From the NCBI RefSeq assembly GCF_009914755.1, contig NC_060942.1: a DNA stretch of 64,000 bases; one strand, 5' to 3'. How positions within the stretch are numbered: position 1 is the stretch's first letter; every line of letters starts with the position of its first letter. This document shows, one piece after another, positions 31,403 through 50,058 of this stretch. A program made the position numbers and the translations under genes. This stretch comes from the human T2T-CHM13v2.0 reference genome, Homo sapiens. The notes beneath the pieces are model-generated. The model was not told where the DNA came from, did no database searches, and saw only the letters and a program-made list of their open reading frames with translations.

Positions 31403-32852
31403 TTCTGGAACAGAAATTAATGCCTGGATATAAGAAATGTATGAGTTCCTATAATGAATATGTTGACTAAGGAGATGTAAGCTAGTCGTGACTGGGCTTG
31501 TTAGCTCAGGTGAGATCTGTGTTTTTCAGAAAAAATTGGTGATATATTACATATGTTTTTACCTTGCTGAATAATTGTGAAACAAACGTAATATAAATTT
31601 CAGTATCAAAATGAAATAAAATTATTGCGTTCCTGCTTTTTACAGGTTACAACAGTAGCCACCGAAATCTCAAAGTAGATCCATGTCTTCTTTTTTAGTG
31701 ACTTAGCCTGATTAAAGAGATATGATAGATATGTAGAGAGAAGGAGGGAAGAAAGGAAGGATGGATGGATGGATGAGAAAACAGTGTAATATTTATTACG
31801 TTGTTTATAGATTATATTATATTACAATTGTTATATATTATAATTAATTAGAATACTATATTCTAAATAACACAGGAGTGGTACATTGTTTATTTTCTCA
31901 AATACCTGCGTAGATTTGATGTTATCTAAGATTCCTTCCAGCTCTAACTTTGTGATGCTAAATCTTAAGAATGCTGAGCAGAAGGAAATCTCTGAAAGTG
32001 GAGCAGTCAGATTAATTTAGGATTTGGAATTTATTATTTGACTTGTGTTGTTATATGATCTCAATCTCCCAGGTCATATCAATGATTCAATTTTTCTAAG
32101 TAAATTTATTTCATTTCATACGGAGTATTGATTAAAAGGAAGCTCTGATAAATACCCCCTACAGTGTGGTATCTTCTTGGTTACTCTAATACCTTTTTTA
32201 AGCGTGATAGTCATGCTTTTTAATCATTCAGATAGAAACATACTACTTAAGGAGGCAGCACGTTTAGAGAATAGGCTAGAAATAAGTAGAAACACAAGGT
32301 AATTTGTGTGTCTCCCCAATTACAGCACTGTTTAGCACTGATGGGCAAAAGGAACAACTTGAAGGCTTAATCCACTGTTCTTCATTCTTTCACTGTGTAT
32401 CCTTAAAGGCCTGTCATTGGCATCGTGAGGTAATCCTATTCTCATTGGCTAGCTAACTGTGTTGGTAGCTTCAGTTCTTCCAGACTGAGTCAGGATATAA
32501 CTTTTTAAGTTTAATGCTCTGTTGATTTTGTCAATCTATTGCTCTGTTCAGCTTACACCTTTACACAGTGTTCAGAGCTCTCAAAAATGTGTAGCCTTAA
32601 GCATTTTGCTCTGCTTTGGGTATGAAATAAATGTTTGATGGATTCTGGCCTGCTTGACAGATTGAGTGACTGCTGTTTCCCGATACTCTTACATGTCTAC
32701 TCTTACTTGGTGCCGTCTTTCTCAGATAATTTGTCTGAGTACTCAGGGCACTATCTCATAGAGAAGAACACCCAGCTGGAACTGTGTGCCACCCTAACGT
32801 CATTTTTTTGTTTTTAAAACAAGGGACCACATTAATCAAACCCAGAAACAAG

Positions 32853-33700
<848 letters not shown>

Positions 33701-34055
33701 GAGAAATGTGTCAGTTGGCATTCAGACTTGGAACTTTTAACACATTTTTAACTTTCTTTATATCTAGTCTCTTTACTGTCTTCTTTTGGTGATCATTATT
33801 GTCATTAGGAGATTAATAGAAATATAGTATACTGTATGCCTATTCCTTCACCTCATGTGGCCATTTATATTTCTTGTACATGAGAGCACCAGATCTTCTT
33901 TCCTATTTCTCCTTGCCACATTTTCTTCTTTTGGCATTTGCTTTGCCCAGTACTTCAAGATTGTAGTCCCATAGTTGCATTTGAGTTTTTAAAGACAGAT
34001 TTATTTTTTCCTTAAAGCGGCTGACTAGTATTGCCTTAAAAGAACATTATATGAA

Positions 34056-34383
34056 CTGGGCACTGTGGCTCATGTGTATAATCTCAGCACTTTGGAAGGC
34101 CAAGGCAGGTGGATCACTTGAAGCCAGTTCAAGACCAGCCTGGGCAACATAGCCAGACCCCATCTCTACAAATATTTGAAAAATAGCTGGGCATGGTGGT
34201 ACACACCTGTATTCCCAGCTACTCGGGAGGCTGAAGTGGGAGGATCACTTGAGCCCAGGAGTTCAAGGCTACAGTGAGCTATGATTGCACCATTGTACCA
34301 CTGCAGCCTGGGTAACAGACTGAGACCCTATCTCTAAAAATAATAAAATAAAATTTAAAAATAAAATGAATAAAATAAAAAGA
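34056..34383 (+). mobile_element. AluJ
   Basis: gggaggatcacttgagcccaggagttcaaggct; degenerate TSD ending ttatatgaa. Confidence 0.85.
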
Positions 34384-35018
34384 AAGAAGGTTATATGAAT
34401 ACCTATTGGTGTGCCTCTTAAGACTTAGAAACCTTAAAGTTGAACCTCCAGTACCTCAGAGAAGGTTTTATGTTTATTATAGATATAAACTGTGATGATT
34501 ATATGGGCAGACTAAGAAGTAAATTTAACCATTAAATCTAGTCTAAATCAATGTCAACTCATACTTCTGAGTAATTTAAGAATAAAGAAACTTTTATTCT
34601 TCAGGTAGGATCACAGCTAAAAGCATTTGGATGAAGATAATAGGAAACAGATATGGAAGTGATGTAACTGTGGGAGTCCACAGAATAGGAAGTAAATGAT
34701 GCTGCCATAAAAACAGAATAAAGGCTGGTATAGAAATAAGAGATTATAGTAATAGGAACTGCAATATATAATATTGGTATCAAGCAGGAAGATCCAGCTA
34801 CCAATCCCAAGTGAGGATTCCCACTACATGGAGTTTGGTAGCAACCATAACAATGCCAATCACCAGAAATGGGAGATCATAGACCTCAGCCCACTGCATC
34901 TTCAGTGGGTTCAGAGTTGCAAAGGAAGACTCAACCCACATGTCACAGATTGGAACAATACTTTACTCAAAGAAAGGAGAAGAGACTCAGCAAGATCACT
35001 GTCTATAGTGTATACCAG

Positions 35019-35414
35019 TGCTATGGTCTGATTGTGTTCCCCCACATTCATGTGTTGGAAACTTAATCCCCAGTGCAACATTATTGAGAGGTGGAGCTTA
35101 ATGGGAGGTATTATATTTAGGTCATGAGGGTCTCACCGTCATGAACAGAGTAATGCTGTTATAAAAAGAACTTGAAGGAGTGGGTTCCCTTATTGTTCTT
35201 CTGCCTTCTGCCATGTGATGACACAGCATTCCTCCTCACCAGTGGAGGCAGCATTCAAAGTGCCATCTTAGAAGCAGAGAGCAGCCCTTACTGAAAACTT
35301 CCATCTTGATCTTGGATTTCACCATCTCCTGAACTATGAGAAATAAATTTCTCTTTTTTTATAAATTATTCAGCCTGTGGTATTCTCTTATTGCAGCACA
35401 CATACACTAAGGCA
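35019..35414 (+). mobile_element. MST-family MaLR LTR
   Basis: tgctatggt..ttcatgtgttggaaacttaatcccc..aaataaatttct..actaaggca. Confidence 0.8.
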
Positions 35415-35819
35415 GCTGGTCTCTCATGGCCAATGAGTCCCTCCTTATAGCCAGTGCAGGGCAATAGACTACTACATGCACACTTCTCATGCTGCAGGTG
35501 AAGACCTAGTTCCCTTCCCACAAGGGACAGATATACTGGTGGGGCTGGTCAGGGTCCATATGATGTTTCTCTTGATAAGGAAGGAGAATTTGGGGACACG
35601 CAACAGCTCAGCTTCCATATAGAGAATGTTCCAGGCCCAGTTTACTGGTTGAGCAATACCAGAGAGCAGTGGCATGTCGTATGGCTGCTTCCACAACAAT
35701 TGGGCATATGCTAGAAGACTCACTGTTACACATTTAGAATATCTGGTGATTTTTTTACCGGCCTAAGTGAAGTGAAAGGAAGTAATGAGAAGTACAATTA
35801 TTCTGGAGTTAATTCCAGC

Positions 35820-36188
35820 TGACATGGTTTGGCTCTGTGTTCCCACCCAAATATTATCTTGTAGCTCCCATAATTCCCATGTGTTATGGGAGGTACCCGG
35901 TGGGAGATGAATGAATTATGGGGGCTGGTCTTTCCCATGCTGTTCTCATGATAGTGAATAAATCTCATGAGTTCTGACAGTATTATAAGGGAGAGTTTCC
36001 TTGCACAAGCTCTCCTTGCCTGCCACAGGCCATCCCCTTAAGATGGGACTTGCTTCTCCTTACCTTCTGCCATGATTGTGAGACCTCCCCAGCTAAGTGG
36101 AACTGTGAGTCCATTTAAACTTCTTACTTTTGTGAATTGCCCAGTCTTCGGTATGTCTTTATCAGCAGCATGAAAACAGACTAATACA
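35820..36188 (+). mobile_element. THE1 (A/B-like) solo LTR
   Basis: tgacatggtttggctctgtg...aaaacagactaataca; 5-bp TSD ccagc/ccaac. Confidence 0.88.
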
Positions 36189-36739
36189 CCAACTAACAAG
36201 GAAAACTTAATTGGTGAGGAACAAATAATGGGCACTTGTAGAGATGGAATTTATTTTAGAATTCTTATTAGTAAAATAATGCCTGGGAATAGTGCTTGTT
36301 CCCATCAGCAAGAGAAAAATTCATAATTTATAGGGCATTGGGTAGAATATTCCAGTTAGATTTTTGTCTTAGTCATGGAAAATAAATAGCTCTAGGCTGA
36401 GCACCTCTCCACACTGATTCAACAAATCAGAAAAGAAAGATCTAAGTGAATCAAGCTGTTTCCAAGTAACTAAACTGTGACAGAATAAACCTCAAGAATA
36501 GAGAAATACATAAATATATAATACCCAAGAAGATAAAATTTACAACACTGGGAATTCAAAGTAGGCATGCAAAGAATCAGTAAAATGCAATCCCCATACA
36601 GGAGAATAATCAGTTGAATTGACACAGATAATAAAATTAACAGTCAAGGATTATTAAGCCATTATTATACCTATATTCCATTGGTTTATAAAGACAAATA
36701 GTACCATATAGATACCAAAGAGACACAAATTGAACTCTT

Positions 36740-37038
36740 TCTTTGTTTTTTGAGATGGGATCTTGCTCAGTCACCCAGGCTGAAGTGCAGTAGTGTGAAC
36801 ATGGCTCCGTGCAGCCTCTTTCTCCTAGGCTCAAAGGATTCTTCTGTCTCAGCCTCTCAAGTAACTGGGACTCCTGGTGCACAACACGACACCTGGCTAA
36901 TTGTTTGATTTTTTTTTTTTTTTGGTAGAGATTGAGTCTCACTTTGTTGCCCAGGCTGGTCCTGAACTCCTGGTCTCAAGTGATCCACCTCAGCCTCCAG
37001 AAGTGCTGGGATTATAGGCATGAGCCACCACACCCAGC
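36740..37038 (-). mobile_element. AluJ
   Basis: Full Alu; TSD-like caaattgaact/cagattgaact. Confidence 0.85.
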
Positions 37039-37215
37039 AGATTGAACTTTTGTGTATGAAAATCATTCTGTCTAATAACAAAAATACACTGGATCGGATT
37101 AATGGGAGATTAGACATTGCAGAAGAAAAAATGAGTGAGTTGGAGATATAGCAGTTAGACAGAAAAAAGTGATTTAACTAAAATCATTGAGTTGTTGGAC
37201 AACTCTAAGTGATCT

Positions 37216-37322
37216 AATTAATATATATATTTATATTATATTATATATAATATAATTATATAATATATAAATATATTATAAAAATATAAATAAATATATA
37301 TAATATATATATAATATATATA
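37216..37322. repeat. AT-only low-complexity tract
   Basis: About 105 nt of A/T. Confidence 0.9.
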
Positions 37323-39766
37323 ACTGGAGTTCCTGAAGGAGAGTTGTGAGCAGAAAACTTTTGAAGAAATAATGGCCAAAAATTTTCCAAAGTGATGAAA
37401 ACTATAAACCCATGGATTGAAGTACCTCAGTGAACCTCAAACACATGCAGAAGATGCATCTAAACACATGTATACCAAAGCACATCAAAAGTAAATTGCT
37501 TGAAATCAGTGATGAACAAAAATATCTTAAAAGTAGCCAGAAAAAAAATACATGTTGCATACAATGGAAAAAATGATAAATATGACAGCAGGTTCTTGCA
37601 GGAAACAGTGCAAACAAGAGCACATTAGAGCAACATTTAAAAGTACTTTTAAAAAAATGTCAACATCAAATTCTATACCCAGAAAAAAAAACTTTAAAAG
37701 CCAAAATCAAGGTAGAGATTTTCAGACATATAGAAGCAGAAAAACATAATTACCAGGAGTCCACACTAGTAGAAATGTTAAAGGAAGTCTTTCATAAAGA
37801 AGGAAAATTATACCAGATGGAAATATACATAAACTAATGGCATGCACCAAAACATAACCTAATGGGTAAATATATAATATTTTTTATTATATAAGTCATT
37901 TTAAATGTAAATGCCTCTTTAAAGGAAGTAATGACATTCACTTTAGGGGTTTTAACAAATATATATAAGTAAAATGTATAACAAATATTGCATTAAGGGA
38001 AAAATGAAGGTATTTTGTTGTATGGTTTTTATCCTATATGTGAACTGATGTAATATCAGTTGAAGATAGGCTGTGATAAGCTAAAGCTGTATAATAGTAA
38101 CCTTAAAGCAACCACTAAAATAACAAGATTGTAACAAATAGATGAACAAAGGGGATGATACTGGTTTTTTTAAAAAAATTAAGAAAAGGTGGAAAAGGAG
38201 AGAAAGCGCTTGCAATAGATGGGACAAATAGAAATCAAAATAATAGATTTCAACTTAATATATAAATAATCACATTATTTTTCAGTGGTTTAAGCACCGC
38301 AATTAAAAAGCAGAGACTGTCAAATTGTATTTAAGGGGGAAAAAGCAAGACACAAATATAAACTGCCTGTCAGAAACCCACATGAAATTTAAAGAAATAA
38401 CCTAAAAGTATGTACTCTGCTAATAGTAACCAAAAGAAAGCTGGAGTAACTGTATGAACATAGAACAAAATAGATTGTGGAACACGGAGTATTACTGGGA
38501 ACAGTATTACTGTTTTTTATCTACTTAAAAAACAGAGTTAAAATACGTGAAGCAGATACTGATGTAACTTCAAAGAGAAGCCAACTAATCCACAATTATA
38601 CTTGATTTCATTACCACCTTCTCAATGGTTAATAGAACGAGGAAAATCTAAGGATGTAGAACACTTCAAAAATACTATCAACCAATTTGATGTAATTGCC
38701 GTTATGAGAATACTTAAGAGAAAAAAAAAGGATAACCTAGTTTTATATCTGTTAAGGAAATTGAATTTGTAGTTAAAAAGCTTTCTCACAAAGAAAACTC
38801 AAAGCCCAGAGGCATCACTGGTAAATTCTACCAAACATTTAAGGAAGAAATACTCTATTTTCTACATAAAGTCTTCCAGAAAATTATAGAAGAGGAAATA
38901 CTTAACAATTCATTGTGTGGTGCCAGTAATACCCTGATATGCAAACCAAAGACAAAAAAATTGATATCCCTCATGAATCTACATGCAAAAATTCTAAACA
39001 AAATTTTTAGCAAATCAAATGCAGCAATATTTTAGAAACAATAATATTTCCTTATTTAGTGCCATTTACTACAGGAATACAGGTTTAATTTAGCATTTGG
39101 AAACCAATTAACACAATTCAGCATGTTAATAAGCTAAAAAAGAGTGACCATATATTCATCTCAATAGGTCCAAATTTTTTTAGATGAAGTCTAACATATA
39201 TTAGTGATAAAAACCTTTGGCAAACTGGAAATGTGAGGATACTTTTTCAACCTGATAAAGCTTATATGAAAATTTTACAACTGTTAATAACATCATACTC
39301 AATGATGAAAGACTGAATGGTTTCCCCCAGTGGTCAGGAACAACGCAAGGATATTCAGCCTTACCACATCTATTCAACATTGTACTGAAAGTTTCAGGCC
39401 ATGTAATAAATCAAGAAAAAATTAATAAAAGACATCCAAATTGAGAAGCAAATAATAAAATATTCTTTATTTATAAATAGCATGACCATCTACATAGAGA
39501 TGCAATGAAATCTGCAAAAAAATGTTACAAGAACTAATAAGTGAATTTCACAAAGTTATAGGATACAACATCAGTGTATTAAAATCAGTAGTATTTCTGT
39601 GTCCTGGCTATGAACAAGTAGAAATCAAAAATTTAAAACAATACCATTTACAAAACACTTCTATGTATATGGAATAAAAAGAAATAAATGTGGCAATGTC
39701 AAAGACCTAGACACTTAAAAACTACAAAATATTGCTGTGTGAAGTTAAGGAACACCTAAATAAAAA

Positions 39767-40070
<304 letters not shown>

Positions 40071-40159
40071 TTAAGCAATATCCTGTGTTCATGAGGTTAA
40101 GGACATACGATACTGTTAAGATGTTATTTCTCTCCAAAGTAATCTAAATGTTCAATGAA

Positions 40160-40521
<362 letters not shown>

Positions 40522-41435
40522 TTATATGGAAATGTAAAGACCCTAGAAAACCCAAAACAATGTTGAAAAAGAACAAATTCAAAGGGCTCATACTACTTAT
40601 CAATCTTATTATAAACCTACAATATGGGATGGGTGTAAAGATAGACAAATCAGTAAAACAGAGTAGAGAATACAAAAATGGACCCAAAGAAATATGCCTA
40701 ACTCATTTTTCGGCAAAGATGCAAATGACATTCAACGGAGGAAGAATATTCTTTTCAACGAGTCCATATCCTTATGGATATGTCACAATTTCATGTGCAT
40801 ATGCAAAAAGAAATTACTGTGGCTCCATATACCCCGGTAAACACAAATTAACTCATAAGGGATCATAGACCTAAGTATAAAACCTAAACTATTAAACCCT
40901 CCAAAGAAAACAGGAAAAATCTTTGCAGCCGTGGATTAGTCATAGATTATTAGATACAACACCAGAAGGACAATCCATAAAAGAACCATTGAGAAAAGCA
41001 CATGAAAAGTTGCTCAACATTAGTTATTAGGAAAATGAATATTAAAACCACAATTATATACTATTACATAGCTATTACAATGACCAAAATTAAAAAGGCT
41101 TCCCCTATCAAGCAAGGATCTGGAGGAACTGGAACTCTTATGCACTGCTGAGAGGAAGGTAAAATTGTACAACTACCCTGCAAAATATTTTAACTTTTTA
41201 AGAAAGTGCAAAATATACACCTACCATATAATCCAACCATTATGCTAGGTATTTACTCAAGAGAAGTGAAAGCATATAGTTACACACTGGTATTCACAGC
41301 AGGTTTTTTTTTTTTATAACCTCAAATTAAAACAACCCAAGTGTTCATCAGGTGAACTGATAAATTGTGGTATATCTATATAATGGAAAACTGCTCAGCA
41401 ATGAAAAGCAACTACTGATACGTTCAGTAACATGA

Positions 41436-42670
<1,235 letters not shown>

Positions 42671-43821
42671 AATTTAGGCTTAGCAGACTATATACTGTAT
42701 AATTCCATTAATATAAATATCTAGAAAAAGCAAAGTAATCTTCAATGATAGAAAGTAGATTAGTGCTTGCATAGTTGGACAGATTCAGGAATAGTGGAGT
42801 GGGTGGAAGAGATTACAGGGGACACAAGGAGACTTTTAGAGATGGTGGATATGTTCTTGGTCTTGACTGTGGTGATGGTTCCTGGATAGATACATATGGC
42901 AAAACTTACCCACTTGTACACTTTACTTATGTGCAGGTGATTGCATGTCAGTCATATCTCAGTAATGCTGTTTTTTTTTGTTTTTGTTTTTTTAAAAAAA
43001 AAGAACTGCATATTTTTTCTTTAAGGTTCTAGCTGCCTGGCCTTATTGTGATCAGAGCAATTGTCCAGCCCTAGTTCAGCTCTATCTTTTCTCCTAAAAT
43101 ATATTTTACAGTGCATGATATATTTAATACTCACAACAGAAATTTGTAAGCAGTTAGTATAGCCGTTATCCTAACAAATTGTATATTCCTGACAAAGTGG
43201 AAATGTTCCCATTTTAATATATGTTTAATGACACATTACACAGGCTTTAAATGTCACTCTTAGTATTTTGAAACCCGCAGAAACTGGAATGACGTTCACA
43301 TATATGAGCAATCAATTCTAATGGCATTAGGCTAAATACCAGTTTCTGAAAATAATTTTTATATGAATATTTTCTCCAGATAATTCGACTTTTAAATGTT
43401 TTTAGATGAGACATCTTTATATAAGTGTATATAGATTGAAGAAGCCCTGTAAAACCTGAAATTTCCATGTTTCAACTCTTTTTTACATGCCTGTTAACAG
43501 GCTACAGGTAGATGTTGTGCAAACTTCATTGATTTACTCTGCAATAAATTATTACCATCCAGATCAATAAACAGACACCTGTCATCGTAACTTGGGAATG
43601 TTAGACATTTGGCTGTATTCTAAGATACAGTTCATAGTTATTTACAAACCATTTTGTGTGTGTGAAAGATTTTATAAGTGACCGTTTGGCAAGCTGCATT
43701 ATTCTACTTTCTTAAGCCATGCTTGGGAATATTGATTTTTAATTATTGTCTTGCTCTAGGGCTTGCTATTTAGTGAACAAGTTGTTTTTCTGCTCATTTC
43801 TCAAGGATTCTTTCAGAATGC

Positions 43822-44120
43822 CAGTTAAGAGCATAGACTTTGGAGCCAATATGCTTGGGTTCCTATCAGTAAGAAAAATAGGTTAATCTTATACATATAA
43901 TTTTTACAACTTACTGTTACCTATACATGTATCATCCTATACATATAATTTATACTGCTTACTGTTACCTTGGGCAGATTAGTTAACACTGCTAAGTCTC
44001 AATTTCCTCATCTGCAAATGGGGAAAATGTGATGAATATACCTAATACATTATCAGTTAGAATTGAATGAGTTAATAAATGTAAAAAGAACAGTACCTAG
44101 CATGCAGTAAATGCTTTATG
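43822..44120 (+). mobile_element. MIR with an internal non-MIR insert
   Basis: gttaagagcatagactttggagcca..ccttgggcag..tttcctcatctgcaaatggg. Confidence 0.8.
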
Positions 44121-44791
44121 ACAGTTCACTTCCCTGTTATTATCATGCTATTGCTGTAATTGATTTTACCTAGATTGTGAAGTAGATTCTGGTGAAAACC
44201 GAGAATATTGCCTATTTGGTAATGCCTTTATGTTGAGTTATTCATCTTTTATGCCTACGACATTCAGCCTGAATACTTTGTCAATTAAGAGATTATCACA
44301 CTTGTTTTTCGTTTCTCTCAGTCTTGGGGCAATCTATTCACCAAAATTGGGTGCTTTGAGAATAAAAATGAGGTTGGTGAAAAAAAGATTTTTAAAAATC
44401 TTCTAAGAATAAAATTTGTAGCCATCAGTGTTCATTTGCTTTAAAAGCACAAGAGAAAAGACATTTTATAAAGTGGATTACAATGTTATACTGTTATTTG
44501 GATTCATCAGAATTCCTGCGTAAACTTAGAGCTGTGGCCTGTCTGGACTAGCATTTGTTCTTGGGTAGGACAGTGTGTTAGAGAACAGAGGTGAATGCAG
44601 AGGAAGTAACAGAAGCTCCGATTCTAATTTTTTAAAAAAATTCTTCTGCTTTTATTCCCATCCAACATAGCTTTTTGGTTTCTTTAAATCATTAAGAAGA
44701 GACCTTCAGCCCCAGGAAATCCAGAAATAGCTGGGGAAATTTTTAGTCGTGTGCCCATGAGCCAAGGAAGCCAAATGATATATTTTTTTAA

Positions 44792-45167
<376 letters not shown>

Positions 45168-45500
45168 TAAATACATCCTGGTCTTCGGAAGGAATTCAGA
45201 AATATATGGTGTCTTAATTCTAAGTGTTCTGTATTCTCCTTCAGCAATAACTACTATTAACATTAATGTTTATTGTTCTGTATGTTTCTATACAGTGTCC
45301 AGTTCTTTAAGAAAAATGGTCTAATCTTATACATTTAATTTTTACAACTTTATTTTCTTACTTAATAAAGTATATTATTTACTTTCCCAAGGAGTACATG
45401 AATAACATATATTAATGGCATACTCTTTCATGCCCAGTGTTTTAGTGTATGGACATATTATATTTTATTTAATCTTACTAAATTTTATTTAGTCAATTTA

Positions 45501-45844
<344 letters not shown>

Positions 45845-46708
45845 CTATTACAGAGAATACAGCAGTGAACATCCTTGTACATGTAACTTTGAACATGTTT
45901 GTGTTTCTGTTTGTTAAATTCCCTAAAATGGAAATGCACACTCAAAGAGTATAAAAAAATGTTTTAAATGGTAGATTTTGAATTATAGGTGCTACGTTGA
46001 GAGAAAAAGTCACTTGTACATTTATAACATATTAGTAATGAGAATGGCAGCCTTTGCCTTGCCCTCAATTGAGATAGCTGTTTGTATAAACAGTTAATTG
46101 TGATTTCTAGATCTTCCAAAGAATTAATAGCTCTCCTTGCTCATCATTCTTGTCTGTTCTTCCTATTTATTTATTGGTCCTTAATTTATTTTAAAAAGCA
46201 AATATTTTAAATTATAAAAGTAAGTTACATTATAGAAAATTTGAAAAACAAAGGTTAAGGAAAATATCCATAACCCTTATGATTTTTACCTGTATTTGAA
46301 AAACATAGTCCTATAGTTGTGTGCTTACAATTTTGAATTCTGTATTTGTCACTTAACCTATTTTGCATTTTCTCTTATGGCTGCATAGTATTCTGTTAGG
46401 TTTAACATGGTTTAATCATTTCATTATAGTTGGCAGATTAAGATTTAGACTCTGGCTTGTATTACTTGAGTCTTCAAAATTTTTCTTCTTTATTAATCTT
46501 TCCATGTGCCAAAAAACTTATTAATAATAAATATTATGAATTCTGTTAACTAACCACAAATGCCTGGTAGTTGTATGCTAACAAAACAACAGCAACAACA
46601 ACAAAACAAAAACCTTGAGACTTTACTGGGTAGATTTATTTTCCTCAGGATATTTGACAGTTTTTTCATCTTTCAGATTTTTGAAGATGAAAACAATAAA
46701 ATGAATTC

Positions 46709-47100
46709 AGTTTCAGTTATCTATTACTGCTTAACCACTGCAAATCTTAGATAACCACCATTCTTGAATTTGAGCTAGGTGCAGTTGTATGGTTCTTCTG
46801 CTGATTGTGCCTGTGGTCATACTTATGTGGCTACATGCAGCTGACATGTTAGCTATGGCCCTACCATGGCTGGGCCTCTATGTTGGTTCAGGGCCTCTCT
46901 CCTCGTGTAGCGTCTTCACATGATTTATCCAAAAAAGTAGCTAGACTTCTTACCCAGAGTGCAAAAATGGAAGCTGCCAGGTCTTTTTACAGATTGGGCC
47001 CAGAGCTGGGAATGTATCTGTGGGTTAAAATGGACAGCTTAGCCAGAAGGGACTACTGGGAGTTGTAGTTGTTCGGGGGCCACCACCATAACAGACTCTC
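46709..47100 (-). mobile_element. MLT1H/I-like MaLR LTR
   Basis: ttcagttatctattactgc..ggttcttctgctg..gcaaaaatggaagctgccaggtc. Confidence 0.6.
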
Positions 47101-47104
47101 ACAA

Positions 47105-47580
47105 ATGGCATCTAATGGTGATTTTAATTTGAATTTCTCAGATTATTAGTGGAGTTGAACATCTTTTCATAGGTATGTTGTCATTTTCCTTTCTGTGAAA
47201 TGTCTTTTCAAGTTTTTGCCCACTTTTCTTTTTAGTAATTTGTCTTTTCATAGTGATTTGTAAAAGTTCTTCGTATAGTCTAGATGTTAAACCTTTGTTG
47301 GTTATGTGTGTTACAGCCATCTTTGACCAGTTTATAGTTTCTTTGCTGTCTTTATGCTGCTTTTGATAAATGGAATTTTTAATTTAATGGTAGTTGAATT
47401 TACCTATCTTTTATGGTTTGTGCTTTTTGGGTCCTTTTCTCCTCCAAGGCATAAAATATTCTTGTACATCGTCTTCTAAATGGTTTATAGTTCTATCTTT
47501 TACATGTAGGTTTCTAATTCATTTGCAATTAATTCTGGGAATTGATGTGAGGCAAAGGTCCAATTTCTTTTCTTTTCTTT
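47105..47580 (-). mobile_element. Old L1M ORF2 fragment
   Basis: ORF 47138-47320 (KGLTSRLYEELLQI..MKRCST). Confidence 0.7.
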
Positions 47581-47938
47581 CTTTTTTTTTTTTGCTATAT
47601 GTGGCCTTTCTTTATACGATACTTTTGGTTTAGTTTTGCGTATCTTAAATGTTGCATGTTCCTCTTTCCTGGGTCCTTTTTTATTTTGCTGGAGCACAGC
47701 CATGCAGCAGTTCTGGAAAGAAGCTACTTAAGAGGAAATCAGTATGTAATTGAGCATTTTTACACATAATGTGATCAAACAGCTCAGATTCTTCTGTGAG
47801 GAGATAACGTTTGAGCTGAGACCTCAAATATTAGAAACCAGCCACATAAAGAGCCAGAGGATGAATGTTCCTGGCAGAGGGTGTAGCAGGTATTCCTGAC
47901 AACTGAAAGAAAGAGGTACTTAAAATTTAATAAAAACA

Positions 47939-48250
47939 GGCCAGGTGTGATGGCTCATGCCTGTAATCTTAGCACTTTGGGAGGCCAAGGCGAGTGGATC
48001 GCTTGAGCCCAGGAACTTGAGACTAGCCTGGGCAGCATGGTGAAACCTCGTCTCTACAAAAAATACCAAAAAAATCAGTTGGGTGGAGTGGTGTGCACCT
48101 GTAGTCCCAGCTCCTGGGGAGACTAAGGTTGAAGGATCGCTTGAGCTTAGGAGGCCAAGGTAGTGTGAGCTGAGATCGTAACACTGCACTTCAACCTGGG
48201 TGAGAGAGTGAGATCCTGTCTCAAAAAAACAAACAAACAAACAAAAAAAA
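47939..48250 (+). mobile_element. AluJ
   Basis: Full Alu with (aaac)n tail. Confidence 0.85.
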
Positions 48251-50058
48251 GTAGTAAAAATGAAAAGCTGAACAAGGAAGTCATGGTTCAAGATGAAGCA
48301 AACTAAAATGAGGCATGATTCTAAGGAGTTGAATGTTAGAAAGGAAATTCCATTGGCCTCTACACTTAGAACATTCTTTCAAGTATCTGTTTTAGTAACC
48401 ATAGTCTGACATCTTACACTCTATGACTAATCACATATCCTGTTTCTGTAGTGACAAGTATTTATATATTTTATGTTTGTAGACTTTTGTTTTCAGAATA
48501 AATCTGTAAACAAAGCATGGAAGATCCAATCTCTGAATATAATACAAATGCTAAAACCTTGATGGTGGGAAATAAATGGTATAGCTATTAAAAGTTGGAT
48601 AGTGAAGGGAAGGTATACTGATTTTCTCACTGTACAGAAAGAAAATTCAAGAAATATAGTGTAATGTAATGGATCAAGTAGATATTACACTTATCCAAAG
48701 TTTGAAAGGTAATGTATTTAAGAACTAAAGATAAAGATATAACTGTAGAGATATAAAAGACATATAAAGACATAACTATAAAAACTTTAAAGGATGTAGT
48801 ATAAGTGAGGCAAATTTTGTCATTGGGAGGAAATCACTGGATCTTGCTTAATAAATATGTAATTGTAACCGAAGAAAGAAAAGTCTAATCATATTTAAAG
48901 TTTTGGGGGTAACACTAAGATGATTAAAGTCAGAAATGGAGAAGAGGGTTTAATTATCTCTATGGAGTAGTATTGGGAGTAACAAACAGAGGTGTTTTAT
49001 TTTCTATGTTATTTCCTTCCGTAACTGTTTATATTTCTAGTACTGTGTTCATTTGTTACTTTTCAAATACTACAAATAGAAGAGTAAAAAAAAAAAAAAA
49101 GAAAAGCTAAAACTACAATTCTATGATGAAAGAATTACAACAATTGTGAGAAACTGAGGAATATCAGTCGGTTGGACATCTAGGATAGACTTAGGAATAT
49201 TTTCCATTTCAAGAAAATTTATACCCTGTAGTAGTTTAATTAAAATTAACCTAGTTGAGTTAGAAAATTAAACTCATGACAATACCACAGATACTTTCAT
49301 TCATTCAAGAAACATTGATTAGTGGAATAAATCTCATATTGTTACTCCTCTGTGCCTGTCCCTGGTGTGCTTCAAGCTAGTCTAAAGGAAAGCTCACAAT
49401 GGTTTCTGTTGAATGAATGCAATTATATCTATTTTTCTTTGATATTTGAAGTATAAAGTATTGAAATTTGAAAGAATTTTTTAGATCATCTTCTTCAGTG
49501 GAAGGGGAGCTTTTTCTATAACACATAACCAGGAGTCATAATCTCAGTGGACGGGACTCCAAACATGTATTTCTTTAGAAGATACTCCCTCCCTCGGTGA
49601 TCCTGATGTGAACCCTAGGTGAGAACCACTCATCTCATCCAACTACTTCATTTAGAAGTGAAAACTTAAGCACTGTAGTTTGCATAGCTAAAGTGGCAGA
49701 GCATAGGTTGACTCCTAGCATCACATGTTTTTTAATGCCCTAGTTCTGAAAAACTGTGATCTGTTTAATTCTGCATGTAGTTTTTATAGTCTAGAGTGTT
49801 TTCCTGACTCATTCTGCTTATTTTAGCTTATACATATTTTTCTTTTAAAGACCTTTTAATAGCTTACCTCTTTCTAAAGCATACTGTCTCCTTCTTAAAT
49901 AGACTTCTAATCATCTCACCTCTTTTCAGCCTTGCCTCTACTCTCATTTCTGGTAATATCCAGTGTTTCCAATTCCTGAGCCAATAGCAGTTAGCCTACT
50001 TGTGAATTAGGTTTCTGATTTGTTCATGCTAAATCAGTTACCAATTCATTCACCCACT

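Noticed and set aside
36083-36096. PRDM9 hotspot motif in the THE1 LTR
   Set aside because: Reads cctccccagctaa, which does not match CCNCCNTNNCCNC
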